Shown: positions 1-8,171 of the stretch, piece by piece | Numbering within the stretch: the stretch's first letter is position 1 | How the letters are laid out: each line of letters opens with the position of its first letter | The notes under the pieces: model-generated | Database searches by the model: none | Seen by the model: only the letters and a program-made list of their open reading frames with translations | What the model was told of the DNA's origin: nothing | Source of the DNA: a virus | Taxonomy: Duplodnaviria > Caudoviricetes | Reading direction: 5' to 3' (one strand) | Virus record (IMG/VR): IMGVR_UViG_3300035661_000090 | Coordinates: 1-50,493 of that record | Length of the DNA stretch: 50,493 bases | Program-made: the position numbers and the translations under genes

Positions 1-1
1 T

Positions 2-748
2 ATCGCCATAGGTGCCGATCTCAGACGTGCTGATCTCAGAGATGCCGATCTCAGTAGTGCCGATCTCAGAGATGCCGATCTCAGACGTGCTGATCTCAGT
101 AGTGCCGATCTCAGTGGTGCCGATCTCAGACGTGCTGATCTCAGAGATGCCGATCTCAGTAGTGCCGATCTCAGAGATGCCAATTTCAGAGGTGCCGATC
201 TCAGACGTGCCAATCTAAGAGGTGCCGATCTAAGAGGTGCCGATCTAAGAGGTGCCGATCTCAGTGGTGCCGATCTCAGACGTGCTGATCTCAGAGATGC
301 CGATCTCAGAGATGCCAATCTCAGTAGTGCCGATCTCAGAGATGCCAATTTCAGAGGTGCCGATCTCAGAGGTGCCGATCTCAGACGCGCCGATTTCAGA
401 GGTGCCGATCTCAGAGATGCCAGGTCTGGTGGTTTAGCCATTGCCGCAAGCACGGAAGGCAAAGCCTTGCTCAGACGAATTCTCACACAGATTACAGAAT
501 GCCCTGAGTCCCTAGATATGAGCGATTGGCATTGTGGAACCGCACACTGCCTTGCTGGATGGGCAGTCACGCTAGATCCCAGAGGCCCCGAATTAGAAAG
601 AGCGCAAGGCACACGATCGGCGGGGATGATCTTGCTAGGCGTCGAAGCCGCTACTCATTTTAACGACACCAATACAGATGCCTTAAAGTGGCTGAGAAAA
701 GCGTGTGCCGATTACAACAATCTGCCCGCGACGGGCGAGGGGGAGTGA
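2..748 (+). CDS. Pentapeptide-repeat protein, 3' part (gene wraps the contig ends), with C-terminal WHCGTAHCLAGW domain
   Basis: Frame 2 is open from base 2: IAIG-(ADLRR/ADLRD/ADLSS/ANFRG)x27-ARSGGLAIAA, running in frame into the listed ORF 467..748. A(D/N)LXX is the pentapeptide-repeat consensus. Confidence 0.9.
   Translation: MAIGADLRRADLRDADLSSADLRDADLRRADLSSADLSGADLRRADLRDADLSSADLRDANFRGADLRRANLRGADLRGADLRGADLSGADLRRADLRDADLRDANLSSADLRDANFRGADLRGADLRRADFRGADLRDARSGGLAIAASTEGKALLRRILTQITECPESLDMSDWHCGTAHCLAGWAVTLDPRGPELERAQGTRSAGMILLGVEAATHFNDTNTDALKWLRKACADYNNLPATGEGE
14..418 (+). repeat. 27 tandem 15-bp units (GCCGATCTCAGAGAT-like) encoding pentapeptides
   Basis: Directly visible 15-bp period; (419-14)/15 = 27 units. 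Confidence 0.95.
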
Positions 749-984
749 TGCCAGAAGACTACAGCGAAAAGACAGTCACAATCACGCTGGCATGCGACGT
801 TCTAGACGCCACGGCGATACACGCAGCAATAGCCAGGTATCAAAAAAATCACGTCGATACCGAATATGGCGGCACACTCTTACCGGAAGGCCAAGGCAAC
901 CTAGGAGGACGGATTATTGCGGAAATTTGCCGGGGCTGGGATGAGATGCTGGATATGGATTTTGGAAAGAGAGAGGGGGAGTGA
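748..984 (+). CDS. Hypothetical protein
   Basis: TGATG coupling to the upstream gene, GGGGAG RBS, starts MPEDYSEK. Confidence 0.7.
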   Translation: MPEDYSEKTVTITLACDVLDATAIHAAIARYQKNHVDTEYGGTLLPEGQGNLGGRIIAEICRGWDEMLDMDFGKREGE

Positions 985-1163
985 TGGAAGGCGATAGAGA
1001 AAAGCTAATTGCATTACACGCAGTACACGGCGAGGAATTGTCTGACTACGCATTATGCGGCTACGCGCATAACGTATTCTGCGAAAAATGTCGCGAAACG
1101 CTCGACAGAATCAGGAACAATTACCAAGGATATAGGCGAAAAACGAAAGCGACAAAATCATGA
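981..1163 (+). CDS. Small Cys-containing hypothetical protein
   Basis: Overlapping stop/start on both sides; CxxxHxxxCxxC. Confidence 0.6.
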   Translation: MMEGDREKLIALHAVHGEELSDYALCGYAHNVFCEKCRETLDRIRNNYQGYRRKTKATKS

Positions 1164-1381
1164 CCCAACCAATCAAGATCCCGTTATCGCGAACCGTGCC
1201 GACTGAGCCGGGGGTTTACCTCTGCGAGTCAGTACCGAAAACGGAAGTAATCAAGATCCGGCTTACCAGGCGGTACGGGCAACTACATCTTGGGAGCTAT
1301 CTTTTTTCTGCCCACGTTCGCGACTTTCCAAACGCCCTCTATTTCGGCCCGATCGAATTCACAACGGAGCAAGAATCATGA
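1160..1381 (+). CDS. Hypothetical protein (PTEPGxY phage-type motif)
   Basis: ATGA overlaps on both sides. Confidence 0.65.
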   Translation: MTQPIKIPLSRTVPTEPGVYLCESVPKTEVIKIRLTRRYGQLHLGSYLFSAHVRDFPNALYFGPIEFTTEQES

Positions 1382-1851
1382 GTATTCCCAGGTTAAGCGA
1401 GACTTTAACCCACCCGAAAACGGTTCGCAATTGCCAATCTTGCGGAATGGTCGGAACTATTGACCAATCATACGATAAGGCCAACAAGATATTCCCAACG
1501 CTCCAGAGATGGCGAGAACACAACGGGGCAGACAATCCCGAGAATATCATCGTTACACTTTGTACGCCTTGCGGAAACAAGTTGATTGAGAAACACCCTC
1601 GACTCTATTCCAGAGTGTATCCCAACACCCCAGAAGGGGGAGCAATGACGATATGTCAAGGATGCAAATTCCTTGATAACAACAAGTGTACGAATCCGAG
1701 GGCGATACGCAACGGGGGCGAAGGGGTAGCCGTCATCACCCCAAGGCCAACAAGAGTGCATCTCAATTACGGTGGCAAGGGCGGTAAGTGGATCGAAAGT
1801 TATCCAAGTCCACCAAAGACATGCGAAGGAAGGGAGCAAGTCGAATCATGA
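1378..1851 (+). CDS. Cys-rich protein, possibly HNH-like Zn-binding fold
   Basis: CQSCG...NPENIIVTLCTPC resembles HNH spacing; further CQGC and C residues. Confidence 0.55.
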   Translation: MSIPRLSETLTHPKTVRNCQSCGMVGTIDQSYDKANKIFPTLQRWREHNGADNPENIIVTLCTPCGNKLIEKHPRLYSRVYPNTPEGGAMTICQGCKFLDNNKCTNPRAIRNGGEGVAVITPRPTRVHLNYGGKGGKWIESYPSPPKTCEGREQVES

Positions 1852-1936
1852 AAACATACCAGCCCACAACTTACACGCGACGGGCGAGAAGGGGGAGTGA
1901 TGGAATTCCAGATCGGTCAAAAGGCTTGGATATTCG

Positions 1937-2221
1937 ATGCAAAGCGGGGGCATGACGTTGTTTTTTGGGCACTAGGGGGAGTGGTTCCCAAGTAGTCACT
2001 ACGATCTTGATGCGGAACAACCCTACATGACGGGTAAGTGCGAAGTCTATCTCAATAGCAAAACAGGAAGGATTGCTCGCACGTCTTCAGGCTATGAGCA
2101 CGGTTGCCCATGCGATGCAGGAAGGAATGACGAGTCAATGGTTTTGGTCGGCAAGAAAGCGGCCGGTCGTACGCTCGACGGTCGAACGTGCGACGAGTAT
2201 CCCTTGATGTCATCATATTGA
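1937..2221 (+). pseudogene. Decayed C-terminal fragment of a phage Gp37/Gp68 (DUF5131)-like gene
   Basis: In-frame LFFGH*GEWFP (TAG at 1973-1975 where the family has FFFKQWGEW) and terminal VGKKAAGRTLDGRTCDEYP matching the recalled family C-terminus; N-terminal domain absent. Confidence 0.65.
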
Positions 2222-2259
2222 GCGACTTCACAACACGTCACACGAGAGCAAGCAAGACA

Positions 2260-2601
2260 ATGAGCGACACGAAAAAAGAACGAGTGAAGGTGACTGCAAA
2301 GGTCCGAATCTCGCGAGCGTATAAAATCGCTCGCGGACAATTTGGCGAATCGCAATCGACGTTCGGGCAAATGCTCGGGTGTAGCTATACACAGGTGAGC
2401 AAAATCGAAAACGGTTATGCGTGGCCGACGTTTGAAATCAACGACAGATTCGCAGACATAACGGGTGTTGATCCGTACGTGTACGCATGGTCGCTCGCGA
2501 ACGGCGACACGAACAACCTCGCCGACCTCGTGCGAGCGCAACTTGCAAACGTCTTGAAACAACGAGCAGCGATCCACAAGAGCAAACGAGGAAACGCATG
2601 A
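2260..2601 (+). CDS. XRE/Cro-family helix-turn-helix regulator
   Basis: ARGQFGESQSTFGQMLGCSYTQVSKIENGYAWP is a typical HTH_3 pattern. Confidence 0.85.
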   Translation: MSDTKKERVKVTAKVRISRAYKIARGQFGESQSTFGQMLGCSYTQVSKIENGYAWPTFEINDRFADITGVDPYVYAWSLANGDTNNLADLVRAQLANVLKQRAAIHKSKRGNA

Positions 2602-2888
2602 TTGAAATCACCGGGCGGCAGCGTCGTTACGTTATGGCCAAACTCCGAAGCGCTGGGCCTGGCGGTCTTGCTCGTTCGATGTTCGGCATACAGAAACGAG
2701 CCCCCGTTAGAAACACGCCCGAGCTTACGGCGATCCTCGAGGAAATGATTCGAGAGGGCAACGCCGTCGAACGTCCCGAGGGCTCGGGCTGGTTTGTTGC
2801 GACCGATCTCCCGGTCGTCGTCGAGCGTGCGATTCTGAGCCCGTCAACGCGTCGTCGTGGCATTCCGATTCTGGGAACGGCGAAATGA
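2598..2888 (+). CDS. Hypothetical protein (possible winged helix)
   Basis: GAGGA RBS, ATGA overlaps on both sides. Confidence 0.65.
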   Translation: MIEITGRQRRYVMAKLRSAGPGGLARSMFGIQKRAPVRNTPELTAILEEMIREGNAVERPEGSGWFVATDLPVVVERAILSPSTRRRGIPILGTAK

Positions 2889-3229
2889 TCAACGACGGCG
2901 AGCGACGCGTTGTCGTGGCATCCAAGCACGTGGGCGTTGTCAACTGGGTGTTCTGGTGTCCGGGTTGTCGTCAGCCTCACATTTTCTTTGTGTGGGACAA
3001 TCCAGGCGTTCGCCCGCACTGGCATTTCAACGGGAACGATCGTCGGCCGACGTTCTCGCCGTCGTTACTCAACGACGATCCGAGCAGCGGAAAACGTTGC
3101 CATTTGTTTTGTACCGACGGCGTGCTTGAATTTTGCGACGACTGCTCGCATGAGTACGCGGGCAAGCGTTACGTGATGGCAGTTGAGGACGCCTTCGCGG
3201 AATGGTGCAAGGAAGAAAACGACAAATGA
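2885..3229 (+). CDS. DUF6527-like Cys/His metal-binding protein
   Basis: CPGCxxxH...WxFNGNxxRPTFSPSLL...CHLFxxDGxLEFCDDCxH pattern. Confidence 0.7.
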   Translation: MINDGERRVVVASKHVGVVNWVFWCPGCRQPHIFFVWDNPGVRPHWHFNGNDRRPTFSPSLLNDDPSSGKRCHLFCTDGVLEFCDDCSHEYAGKRYVMAVEDAFAEWCKEENDK

Positions 3230-4053
3230 GCAAAACAACATCGGTAGTTTATTCGTCGTCGTCGCAAGTCGTCGCCGCGTTGCGATTGAAATACCCGGCA
3301 CCGGAATACGCGTTGTTCTGCGAAGTCGCCGACTCGACGGGCGGTCCCGCATCGCGGTCGATCGACGTCCTCGTGCAATCGCTCTGGCCGTCGCGTGGTC
3401 TCGATCTCGTTGCGTGCGAGATCAAGGTCAGCCGTAGCGACTGGCTTCGGGAACGGAAGAACCCAGAGAAAGCCGAGATGATTGCGCAATACTGCGATCG
3501 TTTCTACGTCGTCGTCGGTACGGCTGGGATCGTCAAACCCGAAGAGCTTCCGCCGAACTGGGGCCTTATGCAACCGCGTGGTAATTCTCTCGTTATCGCA
3601 AAGGAAGCGGTGAAGCTCGAACCGTTGCCGATGTCGCGACGGTTCCTCGCTGCGATCCTGCGACGGGCGGCCGAGAGCGGTCGATCGGGGATCGCCGAAG
3701 AAATTCGACAAGCAAAGTCCGAAGCGGTGAAAGAGTACAAAGCAAAACAGGAACGAGCGGTCGTCGTCAAAACGGGACATCTCGGAGTCTCGCGAGTCAC
3801 AACAATCGAGGCTCAACATGAGGAGCTAAAACGCGTTATAGAACGATTTGAGAACGCAAGCGGCGTATCGATAAATCAATGGCACGGCGCAACGAAAATC
3901 GGGCAAGCGGTCAAGCTCGTGCTCTCGGGCCAACTTCAACAGGAGAAGTATACTATCGACATGATGGAGCGATTCGGCGACGGGATTAAGTCGCTTGTTA
4001 CGGAATATCGAAACGCCCTAACGTCACTCAAACAGGAGTCGACAACACCATGA
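3226..4053 (+). CDS. MmcB-like PD-(D/E)XK nuclease with coiled-coil C-terminus
   Basis: RSIDVL...CEIKVSRSDWLRE..PEK...YCDRFYVV...ELPPNWGL motifs. Confidence 0.8.
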   Translation: MSKTTSVVYSSSSQVVAALRLKYPAPEYALFCEVADSTGGPASRSIDVLVQSLWPSRGLDLVACEIKVSRSDWLRERKNPEKAEMIAQYCDRFYVVVGTAGIVKPEELPPNWGLMQPRGNSLVIAKEAVKLEPLPMSRRFLAAILRRAAESGRSGIAEEIRQAKSEAVKEYKAKQERAVVVKTGHLGVSRVTTIEAQHEELKRVIERFENASGVSINQWHGATKIGQAVKLVLSGQLQQEKYTIDMMERFGDGIKSLVTEYRNALTSLKQESTTP

Positions 4054-4361
4054 AAACATTCGCCGAACGATTTGAGGAGGAGTTTGAGCGGTTTTGCAAA
4101 ACTTGCTTTGAAGGCGAGCCGGAAGGCGAATTTAAGGATCAATTGCAGATCGCGTTTTACATCGGGGCACTCGTCAGCGACACGTTTTCAATCAAGTGCG
4201 TCAAGTTAAAGAAAGGAGGCGAGGAGCAATATCGTAGCATGTGGCGTCACATTACAGACAAGGTGCAATATCTCGCCAAGTCCGAAGTCGAGCGACGCAG
4301 CAACGAGCCTTGCGACATCTTGAACCTGGACGAGCAGCAAGCGAAATACGAGGAGAATTGA
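4050..4361 (+). CDS. Hypothetical protein
   Basis: ATGA overlap; AFYIGA motif. Confidence 0.7.
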   Translation: MKTFAERFEEEFERFCKTCFEGEPEGEFKDQLQIAFYIGALVSDTFSIKCVKLKKGGEEQYRSMWRHITDKVQYLAKSEVERRSNEPCDILNLDEQQAKYEEN

Positions 4362-4365
4362 TATT

Positions 4366-4845
4366 GTGAAATTTAGCAAGAAAGAGCAGGCGGCAATCGT
4401 AGCGATCGCACGAGGCGGCGAGACGATGAGCAAGAGGACGAAAGCACGCAAGCCGCAAGTCGGCCCGACCGAGAATCAAGTCAAAAAATCATTTCAAGAT
4501 TTCGCCACGCAGCGAGGCGTTTTCGTCTGGCGATGCAATTCGGGTAGCCTCGTTTTCAATCGAGCAGATGGCTCGAAAGCGTTCCTCGACCTCGCCCCAA
4601 CAGGAACGGCGGACGTGATTGGATTATTGCCCGATGGGCGATTCCTCGGCGTCGAGGTCAAACGCCCGGACAAGTGGCCAACTAAGGAGCAGATAGCTTG
4701 GATGCAACGCGTCAACAAAAACAACGGCGTAGCAATCTGGGCCGACAATCTTGCGACGCTCGACCGCTTGCTCAAGCACGTGCTCGCCGGGGGACGCGTT
4801 GTCGTCTCGGACTATGGCAGGATTGAAACGATCCCAGCGAAGTAA
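4366..4845 (+). CDS. VRR-NUC domain nuclease (possible Holliday-junction resolvase)
   Basis: ENQVKK...GTADVIG..DGRFLGVEVKRP...TKEQIAW...GVAIWA. Start could be 4426. Confidence 0.85.
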   Translation: MKFSKKEQAAIVAIARGGETMSKRTKARKPQVGPTENQVKKSFQDFATQRGVFVWRCNSGSLVFNRADGSKAFLDLAPTGTADVIGLLPDGRFLGVEVKRPDKWPTKEQIAWMQRVNKNNGVAIWADNLATLDRLLKHVLAGGRVVVSDYGRIETIPAK

Positions 4846-5214
4846 TTCACGACCCACGAACCCAACGCAAGGAACGACAATGACCGAGCAGAACAGCGAC
4901 GAGTAGACGACGAACGCGAACGACGACGCGTCCACGATCAATCGAATATCAATTGGTTGAGAACGCGGACCGAAGCACTTGCGAAAGATGCGGTCATTAC
5001 GTTCGGAACGTCGTCCGCGTCGCTCGTCGAAAATCGCATATATCAAATCCTGTACGATTTCATATATGCGATTTTCGTTGGCGAGAACGTCATGAAAACC
5101 GATGAGCGGCAATTCTGGATTCTGGACAAACTCGCCCCAGGAAATATTGACGCCGATCGCATCGAGTCATAATATATATTTGTTGATGTCGTTCGGGGGG
5201 ACAACCTCAGCACG

Positions 5215-5249
5215 AAGCCGCTCGCAGCAACCCGGCGAGCGGCTTTTCT
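5215..5249 (+). terminator. Rho-independent terminator
   Basis: AAGCCGCTCGC/GCGAGCGGCTT stem followed by TTCT. Confidence 0.65.
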
Positions 5250-5380
5250 GTTGCGCGACGATTCGCAACAATGCCTTGAGATAAACGGTCAAGACGTTAT
5301 AAATAATAAGCGAACCTCAGAAGCGTTGACTTGTGTTTATTGAACAAATGAGATGGTAAGCGAATGGAAGGAGGTCGATT

Positions 5381-5566
5381 ATGATGAATCACATTGCAGC
5401 GCAGCGAGCGACGCGGGACGGGCGGGTTCAGTATGTCGTCGATCATTCGGTTGAATTCGATCCGGCGAGAGGCAAGCCCGGTTACGAATGGGTCGCCCCG
5501 TTCGTCGTTCTCGTGTCTCCTCACTCGCCGGGCTACGTGATGCTCGATCACGCAGCAAAAAATTGA
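5381..5566 (+). CDS. Small hypothetical protein
   Basis: Strong GGAGGT RBS before ATG. Confidence 0.65.
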   Translation: MMNHIAAQRATRDGRVQYVVDHSVEFDPARGKPGYEWVAPFVVLVSPHSPGYVMLDHAAKN

Positions 5567-5648
5567 CCTTGTACGAGTAGACGGAATCTCATAACCTTAG
5601 GCGAGCGGCTTTGCTCGGGTCGCTGGCCTTGCGATGCGTGTGACGTGG

Positions 5649-5690
5649 ACGCCCTTAGGTGTGAAAGCATCTAAGGGCGTTTCTTATTTA
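5649..5690 (+). terminator. Rho-independent terminator preceding repeat copy 1
   Basis: ACGCCCTTAGGTG/CATCTAAGGGCGT stem followed by TTCTTATTT. Confidence 0.75.
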
Positions 5691-5897
5691 CATATGATCG
5701 ACGAGCAGAGATGTTTACGCTTTATCTTGGGTGTACGCTCGTGCACGAAAAACGTCGCAAAAAACAATCCGAAAAATACAGAAAAAATATCGCCGCACTA
5801 TTTACACGCAAAACTAACATCGGTAGTATAACTATCGTAGTTAGTCGATGCGACTAGCGACAACGATCAAAACTAAGCGAACGGAACACGACCATGA
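5676..5897 (+). repeat. ~222-bp direct repeat, copy 1 (terminator tail + promoter + leader to ATG)
   Basis: Near-identical to 7949-8171 from GGCGTTTCTTATTTAC to GAACACGACCATGA. Confidence 0.95.
5801..5829 (+). promoter_or_regulatory. Sigma70-like early promoter
   Basis: TTTACA-17bp-TAGTAT with an A-tract upstream; TAGTCG-atg-CGACTA inverted repeat at 5842-5856; conserved in copy 2. Confidence 0.75.
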
Positions 5898-6355
5898 GCG
5901 ACAAGATGCGAAGCGTTGCCCTCTTTATCGATGCGATAGAGCAGAACGAGGAGCGAATTGACAACAACGAGAAAAGGAACATGCGGCTTCTCAACGACGC
6001 GATCGAGAGCGATGATCTTTCCTATTACATTCGTACGTATGCCCAACTTGCAGTCGCTGTTAAATCCGAAAAACAAGTTATTAAAACTGTTTACAAGATG
6101 GTGCGAAGCGTTGCCGCCCCGCGAGAAGTCGCGGAAATGCGAATGGTACTGGAAGGGTTCCTCGTCAAGCTACGCAAGCAATTTCAGGAGGCCGCGCGTC
6201 AGTCAGACGAGAATTGGTCGAACGATTACGAGCGTGCCGCTGCGAAAACAAAGCGTAACGTTACCGTTGCGTTATATATTGATCTGATCGAATCCCTGGA
6301 ATTCCTCTGTGCATCAACGATCAAAATCGACGTTGATGAAAATTGGAAATCATAA
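5894..6355 (+). CDS. Hypothetical helical early protein
   Basis: Starts exactly at the end of the promoter repeat. Confidence 0.8.
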   Translation: MSDKMRSVALFIDAIEQNEERIDNNEKRNMRLLNDAIESDDLSYYIRTYAQLAVAVKSEKQVIKTVYKMVRSVAAPREVAEMRMVLEGFLVKLRKQFQEAARQSDENWSNDYERAAAKTKRNVTVALYIDLIESLEFLCASTIKIDVDENWKS

Positions 6356-6364
6356 CGGGCGTTG

Positions 6365-6419
6365 CCCGTCCGCCCCTGAGTCGGGGGCGCTGATGAGTCG
6401 CAACGAGCGACGAAACGGG
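6365..6419 (+). ncRNA. Hammerhead ribozyme, type III (predicted cleavage after GUC at 6370)
   Basis: Stem III CCCGU(6365-69)/ACGGG(6415-19); C6370; stem I CGCCCC/GGGGCG; core CUGAUGA(6390-96); stem II GUCGC/GCGAC; GAAA(6412-15). Intergenic. Confidence 0.92.
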
Positions 6420-6456
6420 AATAGACCAACGTCAACGCAACGCGGAGAACACGAGC

Positions 6457-7470
6457 ATGGCACACGACTTGAACATTGAAAACGGCCGGGCGTCGATGGC
6501 GTACGTACGCGGTGAAGGCGCACCCTGGCACGCTCTGGGGCAAGCGGTCGAATCGGCCATGACGTGGGAAGAGGCGTACGTTCAAGGCGGACTTGACTGG
6601 AACGTTGATCGGGTCAAGATGCAAACAGTCGGCGAGTATCGTTACGCGATACCCAACCGCGTTGCGCTCGTTCGCTCCGACACGAAAGCGGTTCTAGGTA
6701 CTGTCTCGTCGCAGTATATCCCGATCCAGAATCATGAGGCGTTCGGCTTGCTCGACTCGCTCGTGGCCGACGCGGGATTGCGCTATCACACCGTTGGAGC
6801 GCTGGGCAAGGGTGAGATCATTTGGTTGCTCGCGAAAGTTCCTGATCCCATCGTGATCAAAGATGTCGATGTTGTCGAAAAATATCTCCTTTTGACGAAT
6901 CAATTCAACGCGAAACGAGCGATGCGAATCATCTGGACGCCGACGCGCGTCGTTTGCCAGAACACGCTCAACCGCGCTCTTCAGGAGGGGCATAGTTCGG
7001 GGGTTGCGATTCGTCACCGTGGCGACATCGCTGCACAATTCAAAGAAGCACGACAGATTCTCGGGCTGGCGAATCGCTACTTTGATTCCTTTGAGGACTC
7101 AATCAACAAGCTCGCAAATCACTACCCGAAAAAAACGCAGCTAGACAAATTTTTCAAAACGCTCTACCCGGACCCGAAGGACAAGAAAGACGGCACGACG
7201 TCGCTGGGAACGAAAGCGCAAAACACGCGGGACATTTTGTTCGGTCTATTCGAGAACGGGATCGGCAACGACATGCCCGAGATTCGCTACAGCACTTGGG
7301 CGGCCTATAACGCGGTGACTGAGTACGTTGACCGTCATCGCGCTCGCAAGAGCGGCGAGACGACACGCCAGCAGGACGCCAATTCCTTAAAGTCCTCGTG
7401 GCTCGGCTCGGGAGCGAAAATCAAGGAATCAGCGTATAAAGGCGCGTTAGCAATGGCGGGCGTCAACTGA
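6457..7470 (+). CDS. DUF932 / TIGR03299-type phage-plasmid protein
   Basis: MAH...PWHALG...LDWNV...YIPIQNHEAF...TPTRVVCQNTL...TWAAYNAVTEYVD family motifs. Confidence 0.85.
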   Translation: MAHDLNIENGRASMAYVRGEGAPWHALGQAVESAMTWEEAYVQGGLDWNVDRVKMQTVGEYRYAIPNRVALVRSDTKAVLGTVSSQYIPIQNHEAFGLLDSLVADAGLRYHTVGALGKGEIIWLLAKVPDPIVIKDVDVVEKYLLLTNQFNAKRAMRIIWTPTRVVCQNTLNRALQEGHSSGVAIRHRGDIAAQFKEARQILGLANRYFDSFEDSINKLANHYPKKTQLDKFFKTLYPDPKDKKDGTTSLGTKAQNTRDILFGLFENGIGNDMPEIRYSTWAAYNAVTEYVDRHRARKSGETTRQQDANSLKSSWLGSGAKIKESAYKGALAMAGVN

Positions 7471-7531
7471 TCGATCGACGACCAGGCGGGTCGACGTTCG
7501 GCCCGCCGACGTTTTTACGAGGGAGAGCGCC

Positions 7532-7873
7532 ATGAGTCCCATAGAGCAAATGCACGACGAAATCATCAACAAGCAATTGCTCGCCGAGATGCGAATTGCC
7601 GCCAGTCGCGACGTTATCGGCAGCCTCGTCGACCTGACGCTCGAAGGTTCCCGACGGATCGTCACGACGAAACAAGGCGTCAGGATCGGCGCAATCGAGC
7701 CAAGGAGTCTGGGCCAATACTGGGCCGTTCTCTTCGAGTCGTCGACAACATTGGCCAAAAGTCGTCGTGAGCCGATTGCAGAGCGACTCGGTACGTACGG
7801 CACGATCGAGGATGCGGCCACGGCGATAATCACCAGCTCACTTTGTCGCTACGGCGAATCCATCAGCTTGTAA
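7532..7873 (+). CDS. Hypothetical early protein
   Basis: GGGAGAG RBS; fills the cassette before the terminator. Confidence 0.7.
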   Translation: MSPIEQMHDEIINKQLLAEMRIAASRDVIGSLVDLTLEGSRRIVTTKQGVRIGAIEPRSLGQYWAVLFESSTTLAKSRREPIAERLGTYGTIEDAATAIITSSLCRYGESISL

Positions 7874-7920
7874 GCACATAACGGAAACTGACACGCGTTG
7901 CGAGCAATCGCAACGACGTG

Positions 7921-7962
7921 GCCGGGCTCGCCAGACGTCGGCGGGCTCGGCGTTTCTTATTT
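7921..7962 (+). terminator. Rho-independent terminator preceding repeat copy 2
   Basis: GCCGGGCTCGCC/GGCGGGCTCGGC stem (with G-U pairs) followed by GTTTCTTATTT. Confidence 0.7.
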
Positions 7963-8171
7963 ACATATGATCGACGAGTAGAGATGTTTACGCTTTATCT
8001 TGGGTGTACGCTCGTGCACGAAAAACGTCGCAAAAAATAATCCGAAAAAATACAGAAAAAATATCGCCGCGATATTTACACGCGAAACTAACATCGTTAG
8101 TATAAGGATCGTAGTTAGTCGATGCGACTAGCGACAACGATCAAAACTAAGCGAAGGGAACACGACCATGA
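7949..8171 (+). repeat. ~222-bp direct repeat, copy 2, with promoter TTTACA-17bp-TAGTAT
   Basis: Near-identical to 5676-5897. Confidence 0.95.

Noticed and set aside
12-437. ORFs with MPIS(E/D)V repeats, and a possible CRISPR-like array
   Set aside because: These are the shadow frame of the pentapeptide gene and are interrupted by stops. The 15-bp units are contiguous with no unique spacers.
1973-1975. In-frame TAG as evidence of stop-codon recoding
   Set aside because: Other genes end cleanly at TAG and long genes are intact in the standard code; pseudogenisation is the simpler explanation.
5028-5077. Inverted repeat as a protelomerase (telRL) site
   Set aside because: No protelomerase or tyrosine-recombinase gene was recognised; kept only as an unexplained palindrome.
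5585-5640. CTCATAACC resembling a tRNA-Met anticodon loop
   Set aside because: No T-arm (GTTCRA), D-arm or acceptor stem could be built.
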